Shown here in pieces: positions 17,009-25,363 of a stretch of DNA of 47,220 nt (its first letter is position 1; each line of letters begins with the position of its first letter). Source of the stretch: Campylobacterales bacterium (lineage in GTDB: Bacteria > Campylobacterota > Campylobacteria > Campylobacterales > QNZT01); assembly GCA_027055005.1 (NCBI GenBank), contig JALUNR010000026.1, positions 1 through 47,220 of the forward strand. The letters run 5' to 3'. The translations under genes and the position numbers were made by a program. The notes beneath the pieces are model-generated. The model saw only the letters and a program-made list of their open reading frames with translations. It was not told the DNA's origin and did no database searches.

Positions 17009-17293
17009 TTAGCTATTTTGTTGTTCTTTTAGAAAGTTAAAAAGTAGCTTAGAAAAACCGAAACCACCACTTAAAGATTTACTCATAGTATCGTTGTACA
17101 TAGAGTTATAGATTTTATCTCCAGCATCTTTTCCAAAGATAGAATTTTCTTGTTTTAGTGAAATATCTAAAACTTTTTTTACTAAAAAACTTTCAAATGC
17201 GTCGGTTGATTCTTTCAATTTTTTATCATTTAAAGTATCAACTTTGAAATTTTTATTAAATGAACTTATTGCTAGTGAGTTATCAATTTTCAT
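17009..17293 (-). CDS. flgJ: flagellar rod-binding protein (FlgJ N-terminal-domain type)
   Basis: 94 aa. AFESFLVKKVL resembles the Rod-binding domain FEslfl motif. The ATG overlaps the flgI stop (TAATG). Confidence 0.6.
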   Translation of the reverse strand: MKIDNSLAISSFNKNFKVDTLNDKKLKESTDAFESFLVKKVLDISLKQENSIFGKDAGDKIYNSMYNDTMSKSLSGGFGFSKLLFNFLKEQQNS

Positions 17294-18336
17294 TATATTA
17301 CCTTAAGATCAGCCGTTATTCCACCAGCTCTTTTTATAGTTTGTAAAATTTCTATAACATCAGATGGCTTAGCACCTACTTTTTGTAAGATTCTAGCTAC
17401 ATTTGCAACTGTTATATTATCAGATTTTATTTTTATAGTATTTGAATCTAAATCAACCATTGAATTTTTTCCTATTAACCTTTTTGACTTACTTTCTTTT
17501 GGAAAAATTGATGCTGGTTCGATTTTTAAAGTTAAATCATTGTGTGTTATAACTACTGGAAGAATTTTTACATCAATACCAGCTACTATTGTTCCAGTTT
17601 TTTCATCAATAACAACTTTATTTGTTTGGTTATAATTGATATTTATATCATTTACTTTTGCTAAAAATTCTACCATAGATAAGTTAGGTGGACGATGAAG
17701 TTCAATAGTTCTAGGATCAAGGGCAACTGCTAATCTTCTTCTAAATTTTTTATTTATTGCTTTTTGTACTTTTATGGATGTATCAAAATTTGATTCTTTT
17801 AAAGATAATCTTATAGTTGTTTTATGATAAAGGTCATAGCTAACTTCTCTTTCTACTAATGCTCCACCATAAATCTTAGCAACAGAGGATTTTTTAGTAT
17901 TTTTTTTGTCTGGAGAGTATCCACTATTTATTTCACCTTGAGCCAAGGCATATATTTCTCCATCTACTGCCTTTAAAGGGGTTAGAAGTAAAGTTCCTCC
18001 TGCTATTGATTTTGAATCTCCTATTGATGATATTTCTATATCTATTTTATCTCCATGTCTTGAAAATGGTGGAAGAGTTGCCGTAACAACTACTGCAGCT
18101 ACATTTTTTGATTTGATTTTATTTGAATCGACTTTTACATTTACACTTTTTAACATACTTGAGATTGCTTGACGAGTAAACTCAGAACTTGAACTATCTC
18201 CAGTTCCATTAAGTCCTACAACTAAACCATATCCTACAAGTTGATTATCTCTAACTCCTTCAACATTTGCCAAGTCTTTTATAGTTGTTGCATTTAAAGA
18301 GAAAATAAGTGTTAAAAGTAGTAAAAATATTTTCAT
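17293..18336 (-). CDS. flgI: flagellar P-ring protein FlgI
   Basis: 347 aa with a signal peptide. RIKDLANVEGVRDNQLVGYGLVVGLNGTGD is the canonical FlgI N-terminus. Confidence 0.95.
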   Translation of the reverse strand: MKIFLLLLTLIFSLNATTIKDLANVEGVRDNQLVGYGLVVGLNGTGDSSSSEFTRQAISSMLKSVNVKVDSNKIKSKNVAAVVVTATLPPFSRHGDKIDIEISSIGDSKSIAGGTLLLTPLKAVDGEIYALAQGEINSGYSPDKKNTKKSSVAKIYGGALVEREVSYDLYHKTTIRLSLKESNFDTSIKVQKAINKKFRRRLAVALDPRTIELHRPPNLSMVEFLAKVNDININYNQTNKVVIDEKTGTIVAGIDVKILPVVITHNDLTLKIEPASIFPKESKSKRLIGKNSMVDLDSNTIKIKSDNITVANVARILQKVGAKPSDVIEILQTIKRAGGITADLKVI

Positions 18337-18368
18337 AAAACTTCCTTTTTTATAGTTATAAATTTTGC

Positions 18369-18384
18369 AGCAAAACTTGTTCCA
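18369..18384 (-). promoter_or_regulatory. sigma54 (RpoN) promoter TGGAAC-N5-TTGCT upstream of flgI
   Basis: Minus strand reads aaTGGAACaagttTTGCTgc with canonical GG/GC spacing. It lies 32 nt upstream of the flgI ATG, with an AAGGAAG RBS in between. Confidence 0.65.
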
Positions 18385-18514
18385 TTATTTTTTTATTATT
18401 GTAATTGGATACGGTTTTTAGTTAAATATTACAAACAGTAGTGAAAAAAGTGGTTATTTAAGTATGATTTCTACAGCTATAATGCTGGCTTTGATGGGAT
18501 TTTATTATTTTAAA

Positions 18515-18539
18515 AAGAAGTAAGAAAATCTTACTTCTT
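18515..18539 (-). terminator. intrinsic terminator of the RRM-protein gene
   Basis: Perfect 11-bp stem AAGAAGTAAGA / TCTTACTTCTT with a 3-nt loop, 8 nt downstream of the stop at 18547, followed on the minus strand by a T-run. Confidence 0.65.
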
Positions 18540-18546
18540 TAAAAGA

Positions 18547-18825
18547 TTAATATCTACTATTAAACTCTCTTCTTGGTCTTTCTTCTCTTGGTTTTGCTTC
18601 GTTTATTCTTAGCTCTCTACCTTCAAATTCTTTACCATTTAACTCTTCTATAGCTTTGTTTGCTTCACTATCATTGTTCATAGTAATAAAACCAAAACCT
18701 TTAGCTCTTCCAGTTTCTCTGTCAGTTATAATTTTAACTCTTTCAACATCTCCATATTCTGAAAATAAACTTGTTAAACCTTCCTCTGTTGTCCCGTAAG
18801 ACATATTACCTACATATATTTGCAT
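18547..18825 (-). CDS. RRM (RNP-1/RNP-2) RNA-binding protein
   Basis: 92 aa. IYVGNMSY (RNP-2) and KGFGFITM (RNP-1) motifs. Confidence 0.85.
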   Translation of the reverse strand: MQIYVGNMSYGTTEEGLTSLFSEYGDVERVKIITDRETGRAKGFGFITMNNDSEANKAIEELNGKEFEGRELRINEAKPREERPRREFNSRY

Positions 18826-18953
18826 GTATCTTCTACCTTTTTGAAAAATTATATTTTTAAAGATATAAATCTTAAAAATACTTAAAATTTACTTTACACA
18901 AAGTTTTATTAAAGTTTGTTATAATTTTGCATATTTTTAACAAAAGGTGTAAA

Positions 18954-19664
18954 ATGGGTAGAGCATTTGAATATAGAAGAGCTGCAAAAGAAAAAAGATG
19001 GGATAAAATGTCAAAAGTTTTCCCAAAATTGGCAAAAGCTATAACAATGGCGGCAAAAGAGGGTGGATGTGATCCTGAAATGAATGCAAAACTAAGAGCT
19101 ACAATAGCAACTGCAAAGGCTCAAAATCTTCCTAAAGATAATATTGAAGCTGCTATAAAAAGAGCAAATGGTAAAGATGGAATAGATATAAAAGAGATAA
19201 GATATGATGGAAAAGCTCCTCATGGTGCACTTATTATAGTAGAGTGTGCAACTGATAATAGCACTAGAACAGTGGCAAATGTGAAGTCTATATTTAACAA
19301 AAATGGTGGAGAAGTTTTAACTACTGGTTCACTTGATTTTATGTTTACTAGAAAGAGTGTTATTGAGTTTAATAAAAGTGATGATTTAGATATAGAAGAG
19401 TTAGAGCTTACCTTAATAGATGCTGGACTTGATGAACTTGACATTGAGGGAAATCATGTTATAGTTTATGGAGATTTTGAAAGTTTTGGAAGTTTAAATA
19501 AAGCTTTAGAAGATATGGGCATTGATATAGAAAAATCATCTTTAAAATATATACCAAATGTTCCAACACAGTTTAGTGATGAGCAGTTAGAGGATATAGA
19601 AAAACTTATAGATAAGTTAGAAGATGACGATGATGTGCAAAATGTTTATACAAATATAGACTAG
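18954..19664 (+). CDS. yebC: YebC/PmpR-family transcriptional regulator
   Basis: [23 protein letters not shown] is the canonical YebC N-terminus. ATG at 18954 is preceded by AAAGGTG. The track start at 18927 adds 9 unsupported residues. Confidence 0.9.
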   Translation: MGRAFEYRRAAKEKRWDKMSKVFPKLAKAITMAAKEGGCDPEMNAKLRATIATAKAQNLPKDNIEAAIKRANGKDGIDIKEIRYDGKAPHGALIIVECATDNSTRTVANVKSIFNKNGGEVLTTGSLDFMFTRKSVIEFNKSDDLDIEELELTLIDAGLDELDIEGNHVIVYGDFESFGSLNKALEDMGIDIEKSSLKYIPNVPTQFSDEQLEDIEKLIDKLEDDDDVQNVYTNID

Positions 19665-19688
19665 AAAAGAGGTTATTTAACCTCTTTT
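19665..19688. terminator. bidirectional terminator hairpin between yebC and rhodanese paralog A
   Basis: Perfect 10-bp stem AAAAGAGGTT / AACCTCTTTT with loop ATTT. It starts 1 nt after the yebC stop and contains the stop of the minus-strand gene. Confidence 0.6.
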
Positions 19689-20320
19689 GCTTTCATGATA
19701 ACTGTCGTTAATCCTAAAAGTTTCCAACCTTGAAAACCATCTCTATAATATAGCATTTTAGATGCTGGATATCCTCCTTTTAGCATAGCTTTTATAAATC
19801 TAGGAGATTGGTCACACCAAACACCGTTACAAAAACAGATAAGAGTTTTTGCATTAGTAAAATCCCAATTGTTACCAATTTTTTTAGCTCCAAGTGTTTC
19901 AAATATATCTTCAAAAATCATTTCATCTGCATTCTCTACTAAAGTATATGGTATATTTATAGCTGATGGAATAGTTTCTACATTGTACCAGTTTGGAAGT
20001 CTTGCATCTATTATTACTCCTTTGCCTTTATTTACATAGTTTTTGATATATCCCATAAGTTCTACTTCACCTATTGTTTTTATATTTGGGGCTGCTTTCA
20101 TAGGATGAATACAAAAGGGAGGACATGGACGAGATGTTTTTGTGTAATCATCTCTTAACTCATGATAGGGATCTTGGATCCTTTTTATCTCTATAATTTG
20201 ACCTAAATGTTTTACTTTAATACTTGATATATCTTTAGTAATTCTAACCTTCATATCTTTTGCTTGAAGATTTAGTAAAACTAATAATGTTGATATTGAT
20301 AACTTATATAATATTTTCAT
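19673..20320 (-). CDS. periplasmic rhodanese-domain protein, paralog A
   Basis: 215 aa with a signal peptide (..LLNLQA/KD). Rhodanese-like core VIIDARLP.WYNVETIPSAINIPY and loop FCNGVWCDQSPR. Conserved CPPFCIHPM in the N-terminal part. Confidence 0.7.
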   Translation of the reverse strand: MKILYKLSISTLLVLLNLQAKDMKVRITKDISSIKVKHLGQIIEIKRIQDPYHELRDDYTKTSRPCPPFCIHPMKAAPNIKTIGEVELMGYIKNYVNKGKGVIIDARLPNWYNVETIPSAINIPYTLVENADEMIFEDIFETLGAKKIGNNWDFTNAKTLICFCNGVWCDQSPRFIKAMLKGGYPASKMLYYRDGFQGWKLLGLTTVIMKAKEVK

Positions 20321-20337
20321 ATTAACTCCATATAATA

Positions 20338-20374
20338 AAATCTTATATTATAATAGCAAGTTAATATAAGATTT
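20338..20374. promoter_or_regulatory. perfect 13-bp inverted repeat (AAATCTTATATTA-N11-TAATATAAGATTT) upstream of rhodanese paralog A
   Basis: Lies 18-54 nt upstream of the ATG at 20320 and downstream of the paralog-B terminator. Candidate operator or RNA hairpin. Confidence 0.35.
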
Positions 20375-20424
20375 AACTATAAATAAAGAGCAAAAATAAT
20401 ATTTTTTAAAATATTGAGTAAGTC

Positions 20425-20454
20425 TGTAAAAGAAGTTTTATTTAACCTCTTTTA
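20425..20454 (-). terminator. terminator hairpin of rhodanese paralog B, homologous to the one after paralog A
   Basis: GTAAAAGAAGTT / AACCTCTTTTAC, 12 positions with one mismatch. It shares the TTATTTAACCTCTTTT gene end with paralog A. Confidence 0.5.
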
Positions 20455-21085
20455 CATCCATAATAACAGTAGTTAGACCTAGAAGTTTCCAACCTTGAAA
20501 ACCATCTCTATACCATACTATTTTACTTGCTGGGTAACCATTTTTTAAAAGACCTTTTATAAGTCTTGTTGATTGGTCATCCCAAAGACCATTACAAAAT
20601 ACTATCAAAAGTTTTGCCTTTGAAAAATCCCAACCATTTGTATTTTCTTTTGCACCTAAGACTTTAAAAATATTTTTTACTGTTGTAGCATCTGATTCAG
20701 TTATTAGGTTGTAAGGGATATTTATAGCTGATGGAATAGTCTCTACATTATACCAACTTGGGAGTCTTGCATCTATTATCACTCCTGTACCTTTGTTTAC
20801 ATAGTTTTTGATATAGTTTACTAGTTCAACTTCCCCAATAGTTTTTACATCTTTTTCTACTTTCATAGGGTGAATACAAAAGGGAGGACATGCTCTTGAA
20901 GTTTTTGTATAGTCATCACTTAAAACATGATAAGGATCTTGAATCCTTTTTACTTCTACATCTTGACCTAGATGTTTTACTTTTATACTAGATAGATTTT
21001 TTGTTATTTTTACTTTCAAATCCTCAGAAAAGAGTGAACTTGTAAAAAACAGAAAAAACAACCCAATTATACCAAAAATTTTCAT
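20438..21085 (-). CDS. periplasmic rhodanese-domain protein, paralog B
   Basis: 215 aa with a signal peptide (..SSLFS/ED). Aligns without gaps to paralog A, about 70% identical in the mature part by my hand count. Loop FCNGLWDDQSTR lacks the second Cys. Confidence 0.7.
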   Translation of the reverse strand: MKIFGIIGLFFLFFTSSLFSEDLKVKITKNLSSIKVKHLGQDVEVKRIQDPYHVLSDDYTKTSRACPPFCIHPMKVEKDVKTIGEVELVNYIKNYVNKGTGVIIDARLPSWYNVETIPSAINIPYNLITESDATTVKNIFKVLGAKENTNGWDFSKAKLLIVFCNGLWDDQSTRLIKGLLKNGYPASKIVWYRDGFQGWKLLGLTTVIMDVKEVK

Positions 21086-21143
21086 CTTTATCTCCCAATT
21101 AAAAAATTATAATCATTATAACATTTTAAAAATCAATTTTTTA

Positions 21144-21344
21144 TCATCCTCCTCCTACAAATTGTAAAAATTCTACCTTTTGAGAGTTTTGTAACACTTT
21201 TTCATCCCAATTTTCTTTTTTTACAATTTGCATATCTACTGCTACAGCCATAGTCTTATCTCTTATGTTAAGTTCATCAAGTAATTCACCAACTTTTATT
21301 TGTTCTTTTACTTCTTTTTTCTCACCATTTATTGTTAGTTGCAT
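21144..21344 (-). CDS. thiS: sulfur-carrier protein ThiS
   Basis: 66 aa MQLTINGEKKEV...VEFLQFVGGG with a ThiS/MoaD-like C-terminal GG. I prefer the internal ATG at 21344 to the track start at 21374. Confidence 0.8.
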   Translation of the reverse strand: MQLTINGEKKEVKEQIKVGELLDELNIRDKTMAVAVDMQIVKKENWDEKVLQNSQKVEFLQFVGGG

Positions 21345-22377
21345 CGTAGTCCTTATTTTTTCTAAAAATAACACACTTAAATCTTTCTCCCATAAATGTA
21401 GGATTTATAAGTGTTTTTGCTCTGTTTAATTCTGCTTCATATGTATTTTGATCTGTATTTCTTGCTAAAAGCTCAAGTAGTTCACTTATCCCAAACTCTA
21501 CTAAAGCGACTAGTTGAGTTTGAAACTCATGCTTTTTAGCACCACTTTTTTCAAATTCTCCAATAAGATAAGAAAAATTTACATCATAAGTTATATCACT
21601 TTTCTTAAAAAGAGAGTCTAAACTTACATCTTTTGGTTTTTCCTCTTCCTCTTTTACAAAATCTGTAAGTGCAAAAAATGGATAAGTGTTGTGTTTGTGA
21701 TAGATTCTTATAGAAAAATCTCTTCTTTGAGCCATTTCTCCATAATCAAAGGTTACAAACTCATATTTTTTAAAAGCATTTGCCATCTTTTTGGCAAAAT
21801 CATAGTAGCCCAGTCCTAACTCTCCCCTTGTTATTTTGTATTTATTAGTTAAAGTTTTTACATCTTCACTCATATCATCAAAGTAGGGAGTTTGTCCATC
21901 CATATATAGCATTTGATTATCTTTTATAACTTCACAAGGGAAGGCATCAAAGATTTCATTTGCTACTACAAAAGCTTCATTTATAGTTACTTCATCTAAA
22001 TCTTTATAATGTTCTAATTTTATTTTATTTCCAAAGCAGTCTTTAAAATACTCTATTTGTTTTTTTGCATTTTCCTCTTGTGGCTCTATGATAGCAAAGC
22101 AGAGAGTTTTTAAGAGTTTAGGTCTTAGTGTATAGATAAACTGAACAATATCAGCTAACATATAACCTTTATGTGCACCTATTTCAACAATAGTTGTTTT
22201 TTTACTTAGATAGCCTTCATCAAAAACTTTGATAAATCTATTTGCTATACTTCCCCCAAAAAACATAGAAGAGCTAACAGCAGTATAAAAATCTCCTTCT
22301 TTTCCTATTGTTATATATTTTGTATAATAGCCATCTTTTCCATATAGCCACTCATTCATATATTTGCTAAATCTCAT
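21322..22377 (-). CDS. MidA/NDUFAF7-like (DUF185) SAM-dependent methyltransferase
   Basis: FSKYMNEWLYGKDGYYTKY..IGKEGDFYTAVSSSMFFGGSIA matches the DUF185 N-terminal signature as I recall it. ATG at 22377 is preferred. Confidence 0.7.
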   Translation of the reverse strand: MRFSKYMNEWLYGKDGYYTKYITIGKEGDFYTAVSSSMFFGGSIANRFIKVFDEGYLSKKTTIVEIGAHKGYMLADIVQFIYTLRPKLLKTLCFAIIEPQEENAKKQIEYFKDCFGNKIKLEHYKDLDEVTINEAFVVANEIFDAFPCEVIKDNQMLYMDGQTPYFDDMSEDVKTLTNKYKITRGELGLGYYDFAKKMANAFKKYEFVTFDYGEMAQRRDFSIRIYHKHNTYPFFALTDFVKEEEEKPKDVSLDSLFKKSDITYDVNFSYLIGEFEKSGAKKHEFQTQLVALVEFGISELLELLARNTDQNTYEAELNRAKTLINPTFMGERFKCVIFRKNKDYDATNNKW

Positions 22378-23560
22378 GCATCTCCATTTTTTCAAATAAT
22401 TTTAGTAAATTTATTTGTATATCATACTTAGTTTGGGTTAAATCATAAAGAAGTGATTTTTTAGAATTTTTTATAGTTTGCAAATCTTCTCTTGTTTTAT
22501 CACCTGCATCGACCTCTCCTTTTACTATTTTTATTAGGGAATTGTATAATTTTATATTTTGTTTTAATATTTTGAGCTTATTTTGTAAGTTTTGCTCAGT
22601 TTGATAAATATTTATATATTCGCTTTTTAGATCTCTTTGCTTTTGTTTAAGAGAAAGTTTTTCTTTTAAAACTTCAAGTTTTTTTATCTCTATATCTCTT
22701 GTTTCATTTAGTGAAAAAGGTATAGATATAGTAACTCCATAGTTTTTGTATCTATTTTTCTTCCAAGGAGAGTGTTCTAGTTTTGTTTTTATATAATTAT
22801 AATCTGCTACTAATGAAATAGTTGCTAAATAGTTTGATATAGTCATATTTTTTAATTGATTTTTTTGATGTAAGTTTTGAATCTCTTTTTTTAGTTCAAG
22901 GTTTTTTATTAAAAATTCTTTTTTACTTATTAAAGTTAGTTTTGGTAGAAAAATAGTTTTATAAGAGTAGTTTGAAATATTTTTAAAGTTATTTTCTAAC
23001 TCTTTATGTTTTGTTTTTAAGTTATTTAATTTTAGTAAAAGGTTGTTTTTATTAAGCATTGCTTTATTTAAAAAACTTATATCATCATCTCCACTTAAAA
23101 ATCTATCTTTTTTTATTTTTATCTCTAAATCTGCATTTTTTATGTTTAGTTTTATCTGTTTTATTTGAATATCAAGTTTTTTTAGATTTAGGGTTAAATC
23201 ATAGAGTCTTATTATAAGTGTATTTTGTTGCAGTGTTGTAGCAAGAATTTTAAATTTTTTATTTGCAGTTGCATATTTTATAGCAAAGTAAATACCTCCA
23301 CTTTTAAATATAGGTTGATTTAAACTTACTCTAAAGTATTTTGTTTTTTTCCATATATTAGCTTGATTATTTTTTGTATATGAATAAGAAGCTATTATAG
23401 GTTCTATCCAGTTTAATTTTAAGTTCTTTGAAGAGAGAGAGTTTATCTCTTTTTGGATATTTAACTCTCCTTGATTTTCTTGGTTTAAGTAGTCAAATCC
23501 TGTTCCAAAGAGAGATAATATACTAAGAGATAGTATTAAAAGCTTTTTCAACTCTCTCAA
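22367..23560 (-). CDS. TolC-like outer-membrane protein (tentative)
   Basis: 397 aa with a signal peptide and long K/N/L-rich coiled segments in two halves, as in outer membrane efflux proteins. TTG start (23560 or 23551). Overlaps the argD 3' end. Confidence 0.4.
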   Translation of the reverse strand: MRELKKLLILSLSILSLFGTGFDYLNQENQGELNIQKEINSLSSKNLKLNWIEPIIASYSYTKNNQANIWKKTKYFRVSLNQPIFKSGGIYFAIKYATANKKFKILATTLQQNTLIIRLYDLTLNLKKLDIQIKQIKLNIKNADLEIKIKKDRFLSGDDDISFLNKAMLNKNNLLLKLNNLKTKHKELENNFKNISNYSYKTIFLPKLTLISKKEFLIKNLELKKEIQNLHQKNQLKNMTISNYLATISLVADYNYIKTKLEHSPWKKNRYKNYGVTISIPFSLNETRDIEIKKLEVLKEKLSLKQKQRDLKSEYINIYQTEQNLQNKLKILKQNIKLYNSLIKIVKGEVDAGDKTREDLQTIKNSKKSLLYDLTQTKYDIQINLLKLFEKMEMHEI

Positions 23561-24689
23561 ATCCTTTATCTATCTCGTTTTTTGTTATAGTTAGTGGTGG
23601 TAAAAATCTTAGTGTATTTCTTCCAGCTTTCAAAACTAAAACCCTGTGGTTGAAGCACTCATTTATGATTTTTGTTAGAGTAGTTGCATCTTTTATCCTT
23701 AGTCCTCTCATAAGTCCTAATCCCACCTCTTTTTCTACAAAATCATATTTTAAAAAAGTTGATAGTTTTTGGCTAAAATAGTTAGTTGTTGTTCTTGTAT
23801 CCTCTTTTTCTAAGATATTTAAAACTTCCAAAGAAGCTCTCGTTACAAGATAATTTCCACCAAAAGTACTTCCGTGATCTCCTGTTTTTAAAACATCTTT
23901 TTTAGTTGTTAAAACTGCTCCTATCGGTACTCCTCCACCCAGTCCTTTTGCTAAGGTTACAATATCTGGTTTTATCTTATAAAGATTTGAAGCTAAAAAC
24001 TCTCCAGTTCTGTAAACTCCTGTTTGAACTTCATCAACTATTAAAAGTATATCTTTTTGTTTTAATAGTTTTGCTAAGTTTTGTACTCTCTCTTTATCCA
24101 GTGGTTCAACTCCTCCCTCTCCTTGAACTAGCTCTATCATGACTGCTACTGTATGTTCATCTAGCAAAGATTCTATTTTATCTATATCATCAGCATAGAC
24201 AAATCCATCTGGAAATGGACCAAAGTAGTTGTGCATAGATTCTTGTCCAGTTGCTTTTAGAGTTGATATAGTTCTTCCATGAAAAGAGTGTTTTAGAGTT
24301 ATGATTTTATATCTTTTTATTTCTCCATCAACTTCCCCATATTTTCTAGCTATCTTTATAGCCCCCTCATTTGCCTCTGCGCCACTGTTTGCAAAAAATA
24401 CTCCTGCATCAAGTTTACTTAATTCTACTATTTTTTTAGCTAGTAAAGCTTGAGGTTCTATCAGATAAAGATTTGAGATATGAAGTATATTTTTTGCTTG
24501 TTCACAAATAGCATTTGCTATTTGTTTGTTTCCATGACCTACACTTACTACTCCAATACCTGATGTAAAGTCTATATAGTCTTGTTTCTTATCATCAAAA
24601 AGAGTAGCATTTTCCCCACTTTTAAAGTTTGTATAGTTTCTTGCATAAGTATTTAGTACATAAGTCTTATCCATAGTTTCTAAGTTCAT
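23523..24689 (-). CDS. argD: acetylornithine aminotransferase (class III PLP aminotransferase)
   Basis: 388 aa. YVLNTYAR, SGIGVVSVGHGN, DEVQTGVYRTG and TLAKGLGGG (PLP-lysine region). Confidence 0.9.
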   Translation of the reverse strand: MNLETMDKTYVLNTYARNYTNFKSGENATLFDDKKQDYIDFTSGIGVVSVGHGNKQIANAICEQAKNILHISNLYLIEPQALLAKKIVELSKLDAGVFFANSGAEANEGAIKIARKYGEVDGEIKRYKIITLKHSFHGRTISTLKATGQESMHNYFGPFPDGFVYADDIDKIESLLDEHTVAVMIELVQGEGGVEPLDKERVQNLAKLLKQKDILLIVDEVQTGVYRTGEFLASNLYKIKPDIVTLAKGLGGGVPIGAVLTTKKDVLKTGDHGSTFGGNYLVTRASLEVLNILEKEDTRTTTNYFSQKLSTFLKYDFVEKEVGLGLMRGLRIKDATTLTKIINECFNHRVLVLKAGRNTLRFLPPLTITKNEIDKGFERVEKAFNTIS

Positions 24690-24781
24690 TTTTTTCCTTA
24701 AGCGATTTGTTGTATATTACATTATATATATTAGACCTTTAGAAAAATAGAGGTTTTTAGATTTTACAAGGTTAGAAGTTT

Positions 24782-25003
24782 ATGAAATTAAGATTTAAGC
24801 AGAATAATGAAGATAATTCTATTTGGGTGGAGCTTGAAAGTGGAGGTAAAGTTTTGAGTTTTAGTAAAGCAGATATAAATAGTTTTATCCAAAATAGAGA
24901 GGTTAATGATTTGATCTTTACAAGTGATATGACAAAAGATGAAAAGATAAATATAAAACTTATGCTGGTTAATGTAATAACTGAAATTTTGAGAGATGTT
25001 TAA
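24782..25003 (+). CDS. hypothetical protein (73 aa)
   Basis: ATG preceded by AAGGT. No TM segment, signal peptide or recognisable motif. Confidence 0.5.
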   Translation: MKLRFKQNNEDNSIWVELESGGKVLSFSKADINSFIQNREVNDLIFTSDMTKDEKINIKLMLVNVITEILRDV

Positions 25004-25006
25004 ATA

Positions 25007-25363
25007 GTGTACACAAAAAAACAGATAGAAAAATATGAAAGAGTTAAATATACAAGAGAGTTAGAGCGATTTTTAAATCGAATAGTTAGATATGTTTCTA
25101 ATAAAGGGTTTAGTAAAGATGAATTTGCTGAGTATGTAGATAAAATATTTAAGCCTTTTGAAGAAATAAAAAAGGTTATGTTAAATAGTGATTATTTTAA
25201 AGAGTTAGAAAAGTTTGTAGAATTTTGTGCAAATCTACCTTTTGGAGAGTTAGATTGTGATGAGATACAAAAAGTAATACAGCATAAGGCAAATCAACTT
25301 CAAAAAGTAAAAAGAGTAAAAAACTTTGGAAAAGCAAAGCATAAGGGTAAAAAGTTTGAATAA
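25007..25363 (+). CDS. hypothetical protein (118 aa, helical, K-rich basic C-terminal tail)
   Basis: GTG start 3 nt after the preceding stop. K/E-rich. Tail KVKRVKNFGKAKHKGKKFE. No recognisable motif. Confidence 0.5.
   Translation: MYTKKQIEKYERVKYTRELERFLNRIVRYVSNKGFSKDEFAEYVDKIFKPFEEIKKVMLNSDYFKELEKFVEFCANLPFGELDCDEIQKVIQHKANQLQKVKRVKNFGKAKHKGKKFE

Noticed and set aside
18464-18523. 19-aa hydrophobic mini-ORF (MISTAIMLALMGFYYFKKK) between flgI and the RRM gene, reminiscent of type I toxins or small membrane peptides
   Set aside because: It has no convincing Shine-Dalgarno sequence and its 3' end is buried in the RRM-gene terminator hairpin. No antisense RNA signature was seen. It is too short to distinguish from chance in AT-rich DNA.
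19673-21344. Idea that thiS and the two rhodaneses form a cytoplasmic sulfur-relay module (as with the ThiI rhodanese domain)
   Set aside because: Both rhodanese proteins have clear N-terminal signal peptides and are predicted to be periplasmic. They also have their own terminators and promoters, so a direct ThiS partnership is unlikely.
21086-21400. TPP riboswitch expected upstream of a thiamine gene
   Set aside because: thiS overlaps the upstream methyltransferase gene, so there is no leader. No TPP-like CTGAGA/ACCTGA elements were noticed.
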